Assembly: GCA_963749495.1 (NCBI GenBank)
Contig: CAVVMW010000019.1
Span: forward strand, 160,001-224,000
DNA from: an uncultured bacterium
Lineage (GTDB): Bacteria > Verrucomicrobiota > Verrucomicrobiia > Limisphaerales > UBA8199
Direction: 5' to 3'
Length of the DNA: 64,000 bases
Shown: in pieces, positions 53,966 through 64,000 of the stretch
Layout of the letters: the number at the start of each line of letters is the position of its first letter
How positions within the stretch are numbered: position 1 is the first letter of the stretch
The notes under the pieces: generated by a model
What the model was told of the DNA's origin: nothing
The model's database searches: none
The model's input: the letters and a program-made list of their open reading frames with translations, nothing else
Program-made: the position numbers and the translations under genes

Positions 53966-54214
53966 GGCCGACCGCCCAAGGCCGGGCACCCTTCAGCCCG
54001 GCCCCTTGCCTTGAACATGCGCGGCCGGGAACCAGTTCCTGGCCGCGCTTTGCAACAAAGGACGAGGGAACAGAGAAAGACTGCAAAGCCCGCCTTGGAA
54101 ACACCGCCGCGCTCTGCTGGCGGTGGTATTGGCGCAATCCGCTCCTCGCGGCGGACCCTTCTCCGCACTCAGGACGCTTGCTCCCGCCGCCCGCGTGCGG
54201 CACAATGGAGCCGG

Positions 54215-55291
54215 ATGTCTGCTAGCCTAATGACGGTGTCATCCTTGCGCCTGGAGCGGGCCGAGTCCTCGAGACTGGCCTGGGCCTTCGTGGTGTCGCT
54301 GGCCATTCATCTGATTTTGTTTTGCGGGTACCAAGCGGGCCGGAAATGGCACGTGTGGGAGCGCGTTCACTTGCCCGAGTGGATGACGGCCCCAAGGATG
54401 CTGACCGAGCTCCTGGTGAGGAAGCCGGCTGCGAAGGAACTCGAGCAACTGGAAAAACAGCGCCGGGAGGACATCCCCCTCACGTTCATCGAGGTCAACC
54501 CCGCCCAGGCCAAGCCGGAGGCGCCCAAGGCCCCAACGTACTACTCGGACAAGAACTCGCTGGCGGCCAACCCGGATTCGACGATTCAAAGCACGGTGCC
54601 CAAGATCGACGGAAAGCAGACCGACGTGCCCAAGACCGAGGATGTTCCCCGCACGCAGGCCTTTCCCCTGAGGCCGACGCCGCCCCGCGCCACGGTCGTT
54701 CAAGCCGACGCCGCCCCGCCCAAGCCCCAGCCGGGCGAGGAGCCCAAATCCAACGCCAAGGAGGAAGCAAAACCCAAGCCCGCTTTGACCCCGGGCGATT
54801 TGGCCATGGCGCTGCGGCAGGAGCCGGTCTTCAAGGACCAGGGCCAGGCGGACCGGCCCAAGAAACGGCGCCTGATGAGCGACGTGCCCGCCGAGGAGCG
54901 CCTCGCCGCACTGACTTCCGGCGAGAAGATGAAGCAGGACGGCGGCGTCAGCACCCACGACCTGAGGCCCTCGGTCGATGCCCTGGCCACGCCCTTCGGC
55001 GACTATGACGCGGCCCTCATCTGGGCCGTGAAGAGGCGGTGGGACGACCTGCTCTACGAACGGCGCTTTGCCGGGGCGCGCACCGGCAAGGTCGTGCTGC
55101 GATTCCACTTGAACGTGGACGGCACCGTCACCCAGATGCAGCTTATCGACAACACCGTGGACCTGACGCTGGCCCTGCTTTGCGAGCGGGCGATTCGGGA
55201 CCCGGCCCCGTTCGCCCGCTGGCCCGAGGAGCTGCGCCGCGAGGTGGGGGTCAATTACCGGGAGATCACCTTCAATTTTTATTATAGATAA
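54215..55291 (+). CDS. TonB/TolA-like energy transducer
   Basis: VSLAIHL TM motif, Pro/Lys-rich linker, C-terminal GKVVLRFHL...APFARWP. Confidence 0.8.
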   Translation: MSASLMTVSSLRLERAESSRLAWAFVVSLAIHLILFCGYQAGRKWHVWERVHLPEWMTAPRMLTELLVRKPAAKELEQLEKQRREDIPLTFIEVNPAQAKPEAPKAPTYYSDKNSLAANPDSTIQSTVPKIDGKQTDVPKTEDVPRTQAFPLRPTPPRATVVQADAAPPKPQPGEEPKSNAKEEAKPKPALTPGDLAMALRQEPVFKDQGQADRPKKRRLMSDVPAEERLAALTSGEKMKQDGGVSTHDLRPSVDALATPFGDYDAALIWAVKRRWDDLLYERRFAGARTGKVVLRFHLNVDGTVTQMQLIDNTVDLTLALLCERAIRDPAPFARWPEELRREVGVNYREITFNFYYR

Positions 55292-55317
55292 CAGCAGTTG
55301 GCAGAACTTGACCCAGC

Positions 55318-55965
55318 ATGGAACCGCTCATTTACACCTTGCTTTCCCTGACCTCGATCGTCGGCCTCACCTTCATTGTCGAGCGCGGCCTGGCCCTGCG
55401 CTGGCGCCGGGTCGTCCCCCCGGAAATCGAGGCCGCCGTCCAGTCCTGCCAGAACCCCGAGGACGTGCCGATGCTGCGGCGCGTCTGCCAGCAGCACGAT
55501 TCGCCCACGAGCCGGTTGCTCCTGCTGGCGGCCGAGCACCCTGATTGGCCCAAGGCCGATACGATCGACGCCGTCCAGACCCGCGCCCGCCACGAAATCA
55601 CGCGGCTGGAACGGGGCCTGGTGGTCCTGGAAATCATCGTCGGCATCGCCCCGCTGCTCGGCCTGGTGGGGACGATCCTCGGCATGATGCGCCTCTTCGG
55701 CAAGGCCATCGGCCAGCACGGCGTCAACGAGGCCGGCCTCCTGGCCCAGGGCATCGCCATCATCCTCAACAGCACCCTCATGGGCCTGCTCATCGCCATC
55801 CCCTCCCTGATCTTCTGGAGTTATTATTCCAAGAAGGTCGAGACCACGGCCGTCGAAATGGAAACCCTGTGCGACGAGTTCATCCGCCGTCAATACCGCG
55901 AGGCACCGCCCGCACCGCCGCCCCGGGCCGCCGCACGCGAGCGGGAAGGCAAGCCAGCCAGATGA
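55318..55965 (+). CDS. exbB: MotA/TolQ/ExbB proton channel
   Basis: IAPLLGLVGTILGM, GLLIAIP. Confidence 0.88.
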   Translation: MEPLIYTLLSLTSIVGLTFIVERGLALRWRRVVPPEIEAAVQSCQNPEDVPMLRRVCQQHDSPTSRLLLLAAEHPDWPKADTIDAVQTRARHEITRLERGLVVLEIIVGIAPLLGLVGTILGMMRLFGKAIGQHGVNEAGLLAQGIAIILNSTLMGLLIAIPSLIFWSYYSKKVETTAVEMETLCDEFIRRQYREAPPAPPPRAAAREREGKPAR

Positions 55966-56005
55966 ACTCGAACTAATCACCCCCAAACCCCGCACTCTCC
56001 ACAAC

Positions 56006-56434
56006 ATGCGCTTCCTTGTCAAAAAGCGGCGGCAGCCGCCGGCGGTCATCATCGTCGCCCTAATCGATATCCTGATCGTGCTCCTCATTTTCCTGATGGT
56101 AACGACCACCTTCACGCAGCAACCGGCCGTGAAGCTGGCGCTGCCCGAATCGAGCACGGCGCTCAAGAGCGGGGCCGAGGAGTCGCCCCCGCTGGTCGTG
56201 GCCATCGATGCCCAGGGCAACTTCTATGTCGGCGCCGAGTCCAAACAGGTCACCGAGGCCCAACTCAGGGCCGAACTGGCGTCCGCCGTGGCGCAGAACC
56301 CCGACGTAAAGCTGGCTGTGCGCGCGGATAAGGGCGCTCCCATAGGCCAGTTCGTGACGCTCCGGGACGCTGCCATCGAGTCCAACATCAGGGAAAAGCT
56401 CATCAGCATCTTCGTCAAACCAACGGCCAAATAG
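56006..56434 (+). CDS. exbD: ExbD/TolR protein
   Basis: LIDILIVLLIFLMVTT, VRADK. Confidence 0.9.
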   Translation: MRFLVKKRRQPPAVIIVALIDILIVLLIFLMVTTTFTQQPAVKLALPESSTALKSGAEESPPLVVAIDAQGNFYVGAESKQVTEAQLRAELASAVAQNPDVKLAVRADKGAPIGQFVTLRDAAIESNIREKLISIFVKPTAK

Positions 56435-56443
56435 GAATTGGCC

Positions 56444-56601
56444 AATGACGAATGACGAATGACGAATGACGAATGAGGGACGCGCGGCCGAAGTCGCGAA
56501 GCGTCTGGAGTGCGCGGCGTTCCCGCGCTGTGGCGTTCGACCGCCGCGGGGCGTGGGTTCAAAGAGCGGCGGGATGCGCCGCACTCCAGACGCTTTGCGA
56601 G
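56444..56601. repeat. (GACGAAT)n array followed by REP palindrome
   Basis: AGCGTCTGGAGTGCG...CGCACTCCAGACGCT. Confidence 0.85.
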
Positions 56602-56619
56602 ACGGGGACGTGCCTGCGG

Positions 56620-57072
56620 CTACGTGGCCGGCGCCGGCGGCGGCTGCGGCGGCTGGCCCGGGGCCGGGGGCTGCGGCGGGGGCGCGACGACGACCGGCAC
56701 AGGGTATCTGAGCTTCATCACGTCATCCACCAGGACCTCCACGAAATAGGCCCCGGCAACCTTGAACTCCACCTGGCCGAAGAGCGTCACGTTGGTCGCG
56801 TGCAGGTTCGGGTCCTGCAGGACGAATTTGACCTCGCCCTTGCGCAAGACCGTCATCTGGTCCGGCGCCACCAGCCGCACCGTCTCCACGAACTGCCCCA
56901 CCCCGGCCGTCCAGCGGTTGAACAGGCTGAGCCTGAACGCGACGACGGGCAATTGGGGGACGCGGATGAAATTGAGCACGCCGATGAGGATGAAGTTGCC
57001 CGTCACCTCCTGGCGGATTTCTTCGCACAGCAGCGAGCATTGCAGGTCGGGCAGAATTCGAGTTGGTTGCAT
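56620..57072 (-). CDS. Conserved hypothetical protein (DUF6941-like)
   Basis: LLCEEIRQEVTGNFILIGV...GAYFVEV. Confidence 0.65.
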   Translation of the reverse strand: MQPTRILPDLQCSLLCEEIRQEVTGNFILIGVLNFIRVPQLPVVAFRLSLFNRWTAGVGQFVETVRLVAPDQMTVLRKGEVKFVLQDPNLHATNVTLFGQVEFKVAGAYFVEVLVDDVMKLRYPVPVVVAPPPQPPAPGQPPQPPPAPAT

Positions 57073-57130
57073 AGCGCTAAGTGGTCATCGGGTGCGATTA
57101 AAACTGTCGTCAGCCCACGGCGCCTTTTTG

Positions 57131-57317
57131 CCCCGAAGGGGCTTCCGACAATAGCCCGGCGTTTCAACGCCGGGTGAGCGGACCCAAAGAGCAGGTCCGT
57201 CCCCAAGGGACGGCTGAAAGCAAGGAGCGTTTTCAGTCGTCCCTTCGGGACGAGTGTCCCTTTTGTCGCCTCCCCGGCGTTGAAACGCCGGGCTATTGTC
57301 AGATGTCCCTCCGGGAC
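57131..57317. repeat. REP cluster
   Basis: CCCGGCGTTTCAACGCCGGG pairs; GTCCCTTCGGGAC. Confidence 0.85.
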
Positions 57318-57346
57318 AAAACTCGCGAGGCGGATGCCCGACGCTT

Positions 57347-58247
57347 TTAATCGCACCTGTGGTCATCGGTCCCTTCGGCCGCGCGCACCGTGTTGGTCAT
57401 CAGCATCGCGATGGTCATGGGTCCGACGCCGCCCGGGTTGGGGGTGAGCTTGCCGGCCAGCAGTTGCACGCCCTCGAAATCCACGTCGCCCACCAGGCGG
57501 GAGCCGCCCTTGGCAGACGGGTCGGCCACGCGGTTGACGCCCACGTCCACCACCACGGCGCCGGGTTTGACCATCGGGGCCTTCACAAACCGGGCCACGC
57601 CGATGGCCGCGATGAGAATGTCCGCCCGCCGACAGTGGGCCGCCAGGTCTTCGAGTCGAGCCGTGGCAGATCGTCACCGTCGCATTGGCGTGCCTCTGTT
57701 TCTGGCAGAGCATGGCCGCCATCGGTTTGCCCACGATGTTGCCCCGCCCCAGAATCACCACTTCCGCCCCCGAGGTCTCGACGCCCGAGCGGGCCAGCAA
57801 CTCGCGGATGCCCGCCGGCGTACACGGCTGGAACCCGGTCGGGTTGCCCAACATCAACTTGCCAACATTGACCGGGTGAAAGCCATCGACGTTTTTGTGG
57901 GGCAGAACTGCCGAATAGACCACGGCCGGGCGGATGTGGCCGGGCAGAGGGGCCTGGACCAGGATGCCGTGCAGGCGGGGCTGGGCGTTCAAGCGCTGGA
58001 TTAGCGCCAGCAATTCCGCCTCGGTTGCCGTCTCCGGCAAGAGGTGGGTTTCCGAGTAGATCCCCAGCGCCTGGCACGTCCTCTCCTTGCGCTCCACATA
58101 GACCTTCGAGGCCGGGTCCTCGCCGACGCGCACAAAGGCCAGCCCTGGCTGGAGGCCGCGCGCCTTGAGGGCCGCGATGCGCCCGCTCAGCTCCTCCTCG
58201 ACTTGGCGGGCAATCGCGCGTCCATCGATAAGGTTGGCAGCCGGCAT
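57347..58247 (-). CDS. folD: Bifunctional methylenetetrahydrofolate dehydrogenase/cyclohydrolase, frameshifted at ~57652
   Basis: [27 protein letters not shown] and [11 protein letters not shown] in shifted frame. Confidence 0.95.
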
Positions 58248-58251
58248 GGGG

Positions 58252-59502
58252 TTACCGCGGCGCCGGGGTGGTGGTGGGAGGCGTCTCGGTGAACGGGGGC
58301 GGTTCGCTCTGGACCCGCATGTCCAGGACCGTGAGGACCGGTGTATGGCCCCACCGCTCGTCCAGGCTCTCCGGGCCGGTCGCGATGACGCGCAGGCCCT
58401 TGAAGCGGCGCAGATCCAGGTCCTTGTTGGTCGAGTAAAGATAATCAATGGTCTTGCCGTTGTCCGGGCTGACCAGGCTGAAGTGGGACGGGGCCTGGAT
58501 GCTTGTGATGCCGTGGACCAGGCCCTCGTGTTGGATAATCCGGGGCGGGGGCGGCTCTTCGGCCGGGGCGGGCGCCGCGGTTGGAGGGGCAGTGGCGGCG
58601 GTCGTGACGTTGGTGTCGGCCGCGGGCGGCGTCTCGACCGCCGGTGCCGTGGGATTCTCCGTGGCCGGGGGCGAGGTTGGAGGCGGGGCGACGGCCGCGG
58701 CGGTCTCGGGCGGGGCGGGCGTGGCCGTGGCGGCCATTGCGGGCGCGGACGGCGCGGCCTGCTCCTGCTTCAGGAACTGGGCGGCGACGAATGCGAAGGC
58801 GTTGGTCGGGGGCTCGATCTCCATCCAGTCGCCCTTGGTCGTGATGTCTTTGACAGTCTCGCCGTGTTCGAGGCGTCCGATGACGCTGAAATTCTGGCCG
58901 GGGCCGCTGCGCATGTTGAGGCGGGTGGCTTTGACGGTCTTGTTGGAGGGGTTGATGTAGAGGCTGTTGACCCAGACCTGAGTGCCCGGGGGGATGGCAA
59001 TTTTGGCCCAGGCGGAAGGCTCGTCCGGGGCGGATTCGTTAAAAGTGATCTCCTCGAGCACCATCACCTGCTGGCCTTTGGTGAGATGGCCCAGGACTTC
59101 GCTGTGGAGCTTGGGCTGGCCGCGCACGTTGACATGGTCGGCCACAACAGCGGCGGGTCCGGGCACCAGCGGGACTGTCTTGAGCGTGGAGGCCGGAGCA
59201 AGGGCGGGGCGGCGCGGGGCGCGTTTGCCGCTTTGCTTGCCGCTCTTTTTGCCGCTCTTCTTCTTTGGCGCGGATTTCTTCTTGCCGGTTTTTGCGGTGG
59301 GGGCGTTCGTGGCGGCAGGAGTTGTGGCGCCCATGGCGGGTGGCCCTGCCGCCTCGGCCCCGGATGGAGCGGTGGGAGAGGGCGCCGCGGGGGCCGGCCC
59401 TGGCGTGGTGATTGGCCCTGGCGCAGGCGCGTTCGAGGCCTCCTGTGCCAGCAAGCCCGTTGAAACCAACAATGCACAGACCAACCAAAGGTTCATTTTC
59501 AT
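58252..59502 (-). CDS. Secreted SH3-domain protein
   Basis: VNVRGQP and LNMRSGPG bacterial SH3 motifs; Pro/Ala linkers. Confidence 0.85.
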   Translation of the reverse strand: MKMNLWLVCALLVSTGLLAQEASNAPAPGPITTPGPAPAAPSPTAPSGAEAAGPPAMGATTPAATNAPTAKTGKKKSAPKKKSGKKSGKQSGKRAPRRPALAPASTLKTVPLVPGPAAVVADHVNVRGQPKLHSEVLGHLTKGQQVMVLEEITFNESAPDEPSAWAKIAIPPGTQVWVNSLYINPSNKTVKATRLNMRSGPGQNFSVIGRLEHGETVKDITTKGDWMEIEPPTNAFAFVAAQFLKQEQAAPSAPAMAATATPAPPETAAAVAPPPTSPPATENPTAPAVETPPAADTNVTTAATAPPTAAPAPAEEPPPPRIIQHEGLVHGITSIQAPSHFSLVSPDNGKTIDYLYSTNKDLDLRRFKGLRVIATGPESLDERWGHTPVLTVLDMRVQSEPPPFTETPPTTTPAPR

Positions 59503-59505
59503 AAC

Positions 59506-60210
59506 TCAACCAAGTAGAGAGTTAATCTCAGCTTCTGTCAATGCCCGCCATCTGCCCGAACGCAACTGGCCCAGCTTGACTTTGCCGATCTGGACCCGCT
59601 GCAGGCGTTTGACCGTCATCCCTTGCGCTTCGAACAGGCGCCGGACTTCCCGATACTTGCCTTCGGCCAATTCCAGTTCCACGATGCTCTGGCCCGAGCC
59701 GGCCGAAATGAGCCGGACTTTCTCTGCCTTGAGCTTCTCGCCCTGGTGCCACAGCCCGTGGGTGAACCGGCCCAGCATCGCCTCTTCCATCCGGCCCTGC
59801 ACGGTCGCCACGTATTTCTTGCGTACCCCGTAGCGCGGATGGGTCAGGCGCAGGTCGAATTCACCATCATTGGTCAGGAAAAGCAAGCCTTCGCTGGCAT
59901 AATCCAACCGTCCCACCGAGTAGAGATGGCCCCATTCGCGGGGCAGCAGCTCGTAAATCGTCGGGCGTCCGTGCTCATCTTTGCGCGAGCATACCAGCCC
60001 GCGCGGCTTATTCAAGGCCAGGTAGAGCTTGCGTTTGGCCCGCACCGGCTGGCCGTCCACCGTCACGTGGTCCCGGGCCGGGTCCACTTTCACCCCCAGT
60101 TGCAGGACCGGCGCGCCGTTGACCGCCACTCGCCCCGCCAGGATGAGCGCCTCTGCCGCCCGCCGCGAAGCCACGCCCGCCTCCGCCAAGTGCTTTTGCA
60201 GACGAACCAT
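59506..60210 (-). CDS. rluB: rRNA pseudouridine synthase (RsuA/RluB family)
   Basis: RLQKHLAEAGVASRR S4 domain; VGRLDYASEGLL. Confidence 0.9.
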   Translation of the reverse strand: MVRLQKHLAEAGVASRRAAEALILAGRVAVNGAPVLQLGVKVDPARDHVTVDGQPVRAKRKLYLALNKPRGLVCSRKDEHGRPTIYELLPREWGHLYSVGRLDYASEGLLFLTNDGEFDLRLTHPRYGVRKKYVATVQGRMEEAMLGRFTHGLWHQGEKLKAEKVRLISAGSGQSIVELELAEGKYREVRRLFEAQGMTVKRLQRVQIGKVKLGQLRSGRWRALTEAEINSLLG

Positions 60211-60218
60211 GGGAACAA

Positions 60219-60305
60219 AGCCTAAAGGCTGAAGGCTAAAGGCCGGAGGCGCGCCTTCAGCCTTCGGCACTTTAGCCTTTAGCCTTTAGCCTTTAGCCTT
60301 TAGCT
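60219..60305. repeat. Inverted heptamer arrays (CTAAAGG/CCTTTAG)
   Basis: Directly visible; begins at the stop codon of the small basic protein. Confidence 0.9.
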
Positions 60306-60455
60306 TTCGGCCTTCGTCTTGCGCAGGCCCGTAATCCGGTCGCCCGGCTTCCATTGCTCGCGCTTCTTGAGCAACTCGATGCGCTCGAAGCGCTTGAGCA
60401 CATTCCGTTTGCCGCCCAGGGTGGCGGCCGCGCGCAGACTGCGGTGTTGTGACAT
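60300..60455 (-). CDS. PVC-superphylum small basic protein (51 aa; absent from ORF track)
   Basis: MSQHRSLRAAATLGGKRNVLKRFERIELLKKREQWKPGDRITGLRKTKAES. Confidence 0.85.
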   Translation of the reverse strand: MSQHRSLRAAATLGGKRNVLKRFERIELLKKREQWKPGDRITGLRKTKAES

Positions 60456-60654
60456 AAATCAAATCAAGCAATTGAATTTGAAATCAAAATAAAACCCGAT
60501 CCCGGATTCCGAATTCTGCCGTGCCGGTTTGCCGGCGGCCTGGCCGCTCCCGGTTCGAAGCGGACGCCTTATGTAGCACGTCCGGGGCCGGTTTGCCAAT
60601 GGAATTTTAGCGGGAGCAATCGGTAACTGAAGGCGGAGACGGAGTGCCGGGTAA

Positions 60655-60802
60655 ACCCCTCACCCCGGCCCTCTCCCCTTCCAAAGGGGAGAGGGAGAGC
60701 CATCGGCAGTCTCCGGAGCTTCCGGGCGTCCGCGCTTCCTCAAAGAGCCACCGAGAACCCTCCCTCTCCCCTTCCGAAGGGGAGAGGGCTGGGGTGAGGG
60801 GT
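60655..60802. repeat. REP-like element (CCCCTCACCCC family), copy 2
   Basis: Same architecture as 18930-19079. Confidence 0.9.
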
Positions 60803-60898
60803 CTGCCCCCGTGACGCTCCCACCTTCTCTGAGGCCCTTACCGGGCAAAAAAACGGGCTTGTCATTCCCTGGGCGGGTGGTATTTTGGCCCGCCTTTT

Positions 60899-61141
60899 AT
60901 GAAAGAAAAGATCCATCCGAAGTACGTGGACGCGGAAATCCGTTGCGCGTGCGGCAACGTGATCAAGACCCGGTCCACCAAGCCGGTGATCATCGTGGGC
61001 ATCTGCAACGCGTGTCACCCCTTTTATACCGGCCAGCAGAAATTTGTGGATACGGCCGGGCGCGTGGACAAGTTCCGGCAGCGCATGGCCAAGACCGAGG
61101 CCGCCCAGGCGGCGGTGGCCGGCAAGAAGAAGCGCCGGTAG
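60899..61141 (+). CDS. rpmE: 50S ribosomal protein L31 (Zn-binding type)
   Basis: [25 protein letters not shown]. Confidence 0.97.
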   Translation: MKEKIHPKYVDAEIRCACGNVIKTRSTKPVIIVGICNACHPFYTGQQKFVDTAGRVDKFRQRMAKTEAAQAAVAGKKKRR

Positions 61142-61224
61142 GGGCCTGAGGTTTCATCCGCCCGCACGGCCCGCCGGCTGTACGGGCGGATTGCTTTTGG
61201 CCCGGCCCAGCCGAGGTGAAAGAC

Positions 61225-62311
61225 ATGGACCTGCGTCCGCACATCGAAAAGTTCTCCCTGCGCTGCGCTGAGGTGGAAAAGGCCCTGAGCGATCCCAAGG
61301 TCTTTAACAACCCCCAGCGCGCCCAGGAGTTGTCCAGGGAATATTCCCGGCTCAAGGAGCTGGCGGCCGCCGGCCAGGCCTATTTGAAGAACCTCCGGGA
61401 CCTGGCCGAGAACCGCGCCTTGCTCCAGGCCGAGCCCGCGGATTCCGAACTGGGGCAAATGGCCAGGGAGGAGGTCGCCCGGCTGGAGGCCCAAGACCTG
61501 ACCCTGACCCAGTCCCTCCAGCAGGGCCTGCTGCCGCCGGACCCGGCCGACTCCCGCAACACGATCATTGAAATCCGCGCCGGCGCCGGGGGGCAGGAGT
61601 CCGCGCTCTTTTCCGCGGACCTCTACCGCATGTACACCCGCTATGCCGAGGCGCGCGGCTGGAAGTACCGAGGACCTGGATTCCAGCCCGTCCGACCTGG
61701 GCGGCTACAAGGAGGTCGTCTTCCAAATTACCGGGACCGAGGTGTATAAGCGGCTCAAGTACGAGAGCGGCGTTCACCGCGTGCAACGCGTGCCGGCCAC
61801 CGAGGCCCAGGGACGCATCCACACCAGCACCTGCACCGTGGCGGTCCTGCCCGAGGCGGGGGAAGTGGACGTCCAACTCAAGCCCGACGAGCTGGAGATA
61901 ACCGTGTGCCGCGCCTCGGGCCCGGGCGGGCAAGGGGTCAACACCACCGATTCGGCAGTCCAGATACTCCACCGGCCGACGGGCCTGATCGTCCGGTGCG
62001 CCGACCAGCGCTCGCAGCAGAAGAACAAGGCGCGCGCTCTGACCGTCCTGCGCTCCCGCCTGCTCGAACGCCGGGTGGCCGAAGAAAACGCCAAGTATGC
62101 CGCCCAGCGCAAGGCGCAGGTTGGCACCGGCGAACGCAACGAGCGCATCCGCACCTACAACTTCCCGCAAAACCGGGTGACCGACCACCGCGTCGAGCTG
62201 ACCCTTTACAACCTGCCCGTGGTGATGGAGGGCGAGCTGGACTGTATCATTGACCCGCTCATGGCCCATGACCTGGAGGAGCGGCTCAAGGACATCGTGC
62301 GCGAGGCGTGA
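61225..62311 (+). CDS. prfA: Peptide chain release factor 1, frameshifted at ~61666
   Basis: [22 protein letters not shown] (PxT motif); [20 protein letters not shown]. Confidence 0.95.
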
Positions 62312-62332
62312 GGAGATGTCATAGAGGGCCGA

Positions 62333-63220
62333 ATGTGCGACTCGATTCACGCCGTGCCCGGAAAAGAGCCCCCTCTTGTTTCGGTGCTCGTGCCCACGCT
62401 CAATCGCGGGCCTTACCTGGAACGGTGCCTGCGCAGCATTCTCGACCAGACCTATCGGCGCCTGGAGTGCCTGGTCATGGACGGCGGCTCCCGGGACGAT
62501 TCGGTGGCCATTCTCAAGCGCCTGGCCGCCGCCGACCCGCGCCTGCGCTTTATCTCGGAGCCGGACCCGGGGGAGGTCTGGGCCACCAACAAGGGGCTCG
62601 ATTTGGTCCAGGGCCAAATCGTCGGCATTCAGGCCAGCGATGATTTCTATGTGCCGGATGCGGTCGAAAAGTCGGTCCAATTCCTGCTGGCCCATCCCGA
62701 GTACGTGGGGGTGGGAGCGGATGCGATCTACGTGGATGCGTCCGGCAAGCCGTTGGGGCGGGGCGCGATCACCTACCGGGGCGAACTCAGCGCAAGAAGG
62801 CTCAAGCGGATTCTGGTCCTGCGCTACTTTGTCTGTCCGGTGATTCACGGGACCTTCTTCGGCTGGCGCGAGCGGCTGCGCCGCTACGGCAAGTTCGACC
62901 CCCAATTCTCGTTCTGCCCGGATGTCGAGTTCTATCTGCGCGTGCTCGCCGGCGGCGACCGCATCGGCTGCCTGCCTCGCGTGCACACCTATTACACCGC
63001 GCACCCGGACATGGGGGCCGTGAAGCACTACCATCGCGTTCGGGAGCAACTCAACCGGCTCTATGCCCGGCACGGCCTGCGCTGGCACCACCACGTCCTG
63101 CGCCTGACGCTGGGCCGCGCCGTCTCTTACTTCGGCAACCCGATGCGAACCCCGCTCCTGCCCGGCCTTGTCCAGGAAGCCCGTCAGTTCTGGACCATGC
63201 GGGTGCGGGGTAAACGGTAG
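62333..63220 (+). CDS. Glycosyltransferase family 2
   Basis: VSVLVPTLN, MDGGSRD, ASDD. Confidence 0.9.
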   Translation: MCDSIHAVPGKEPPLVSVLVPTLNRGPYLERCLRSILDQTYRRLECLVMDGGSRDDSVAILKRLAAADPRLRFISEPDPGEVWATNKGLDLVQGQIVGIQASDDFYVPDAVEKSVQFLLAHPEYVGVGADAIYVDASGKPLGRGAITYRGELSARRLKRILVLRYFVCPVIHGTFFGWRERLRRYGKFDPQFSFCPDVEFYLRVLAGGDRIGCLPRVHTYYTAHPDMGAVKHYHRVREQLNRLYARHGLRWHHHVLRLTLGRAVSYFGNPMRTPLLPGLVQEARQFWTMRVRGKR

Positions 63221-63235
63221 GACGGCGTCTGGCAC

Positions 63236-63680
63236 CGCGTAGCGGTGCTTGATGGTAGCCGTGGACTTCAGTCCACAGATCCACGGACCCCTGGTGCTCC
63301 GCAACCCGGAGGGTTGCCAGAAGGTAGCCGGGGGTCGCGGCCTCGCCGCGACCCCCGGTTCACGGTCCGAAGGGTCCTGCACCCCGGAACGGGGTGCCAG
63401 AAGACCGCGCGGCGTGCGGGTGCGTCTGGCATCCCTCCGGGATGCAAACGCGCTTCGCTGCTTGACCGGGGGTCTCGCTGCGCTTCGACCCCCGGCTACC
63501 TTCTCTCATCCCTCCGGGATGAAAATGGGGAAAGGGCCAGTCCTAGAAAAATGCGTGTTTCTTCCGAGCCCCGAACCGTGGACCGAGGTCCACGGCTACC
63601 GTCACTGCGTCGCTACGCAACGCCTCCGAGGCCCCGCCGTGGACCGAGGTCCACGGCTACCCTCACTGCGTCGCTACGCG
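63236..63680. repeat. REP cluster: CCGTGGAC..GTCCACGG units and third copy of the BIME-like element (63300-63523)
   Basis: Tandem duplication CCGTGGACCGAGGTCCACGGCTACC..CACTGCGTCGCTACGC at ~63576 and ~63636. Confidence 0.88.
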
Positions 63681-64000
63681 ACGCCCCGCCGCGCACACGC
63701 TCTGCAGAACCTCCAACTCCTGGGCCGCGAAGACGCGATAGTCGTAACGGCGGACAAATTCCTGGCCTTGGCGGCCGCGGCGCTGGGTCAGGTCTTCATC
63801 TCCCAGGAGGCGGAGGATTTGGCCGGCGGCGCCGGCCATGTCGCCCAGGGGCACCATCTCGAAGCAGCCGGGGAAGACCTCGCGAAAGACCGGCAGGTCG
63901 TAGGCAACCACCGGCAGCCCGGCGGCCAGGAACTCGGTCACCGACAATCCCCAGCCTTCCTCGTAAGAGAGGCTCAGCCCCACCCGGGCTTTCTTTAAAA
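63663..64000 (-). CDS. Glycosyltransferase family 4, C-terminal part (truncated by window edge)
   Basis: SYEEGWGLSVTEFLAAGLPVVAYD (Ex7E motif). Confidence 0.88.
   Translation of the reverse strand, partial: LKKARVGLSLSYEEGWGLSVTEFLAAGLPVVAYDLPVFREVFPGCFEMVPLGDMAGAAGQILRLLGDEDLTQRRGRQGQEFVRRYDYRVFAAQELEVLQSVCAAGRRVATQ

Noticed and set aside
61655..61680. RF2-style autoregulatory +1 frameshift
   Set aside because: Protein has the RF1 PxT motif, and the site lacks CTT-TGA and an internal Shine-Dalgarno; probable sequencing insertion

Overview
GC-rich bacterial chromosomal DNA, almost certainly Verrucomicrobiota. Support: a VPDxG-CTERM sorting signal, the PVC-restricted small basic protein and many PVC-style palindromic repeats. 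1-10.4 kb is the tail of a sigma-54/PEP-CTERM exopolysaccharide locus: PrsR-like activator, VPDGG-CTERM protein, a decayed surface-protein gene, a giant adhesin with 17 x 249-bp repeats, and Wza. The rest is mostly housekeeping and carbohydrate genes (ptsI, pfkB-family kinase, apbE, polX, lptF/G, tonB-exbBD, folD, rluB, rpmE, prfA, glycosyltransferases). These are interleaved with toxin-antitoxin genes or remnants and at least eight families of REP/MITE-like palindromes and 7-/9-mer tandem arrays. Most notable: (i) a lower-GC island (29.8-34.6 kb) between ~420-bp direct repeats, holding an integron-type cassette whose attC site is split and circularly permuted between two copies of a promoter/leader module; (ii) an ORF-less group II intron (41441-42239, minus) with a visible EBS1/IBS1 pair, inserted into a short repeat element; (iii) a palindromic element inserted in frame inside a dipeptidase gene; (iv) a C-terminal '(F/Y)YR' domain shared by three secreted proteins. 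Single-base frameshifts in prfA, folD, polX and others suggest consensus errors, so pseudogene calls need caution. All family assignments are from motif recognition, not database searches.
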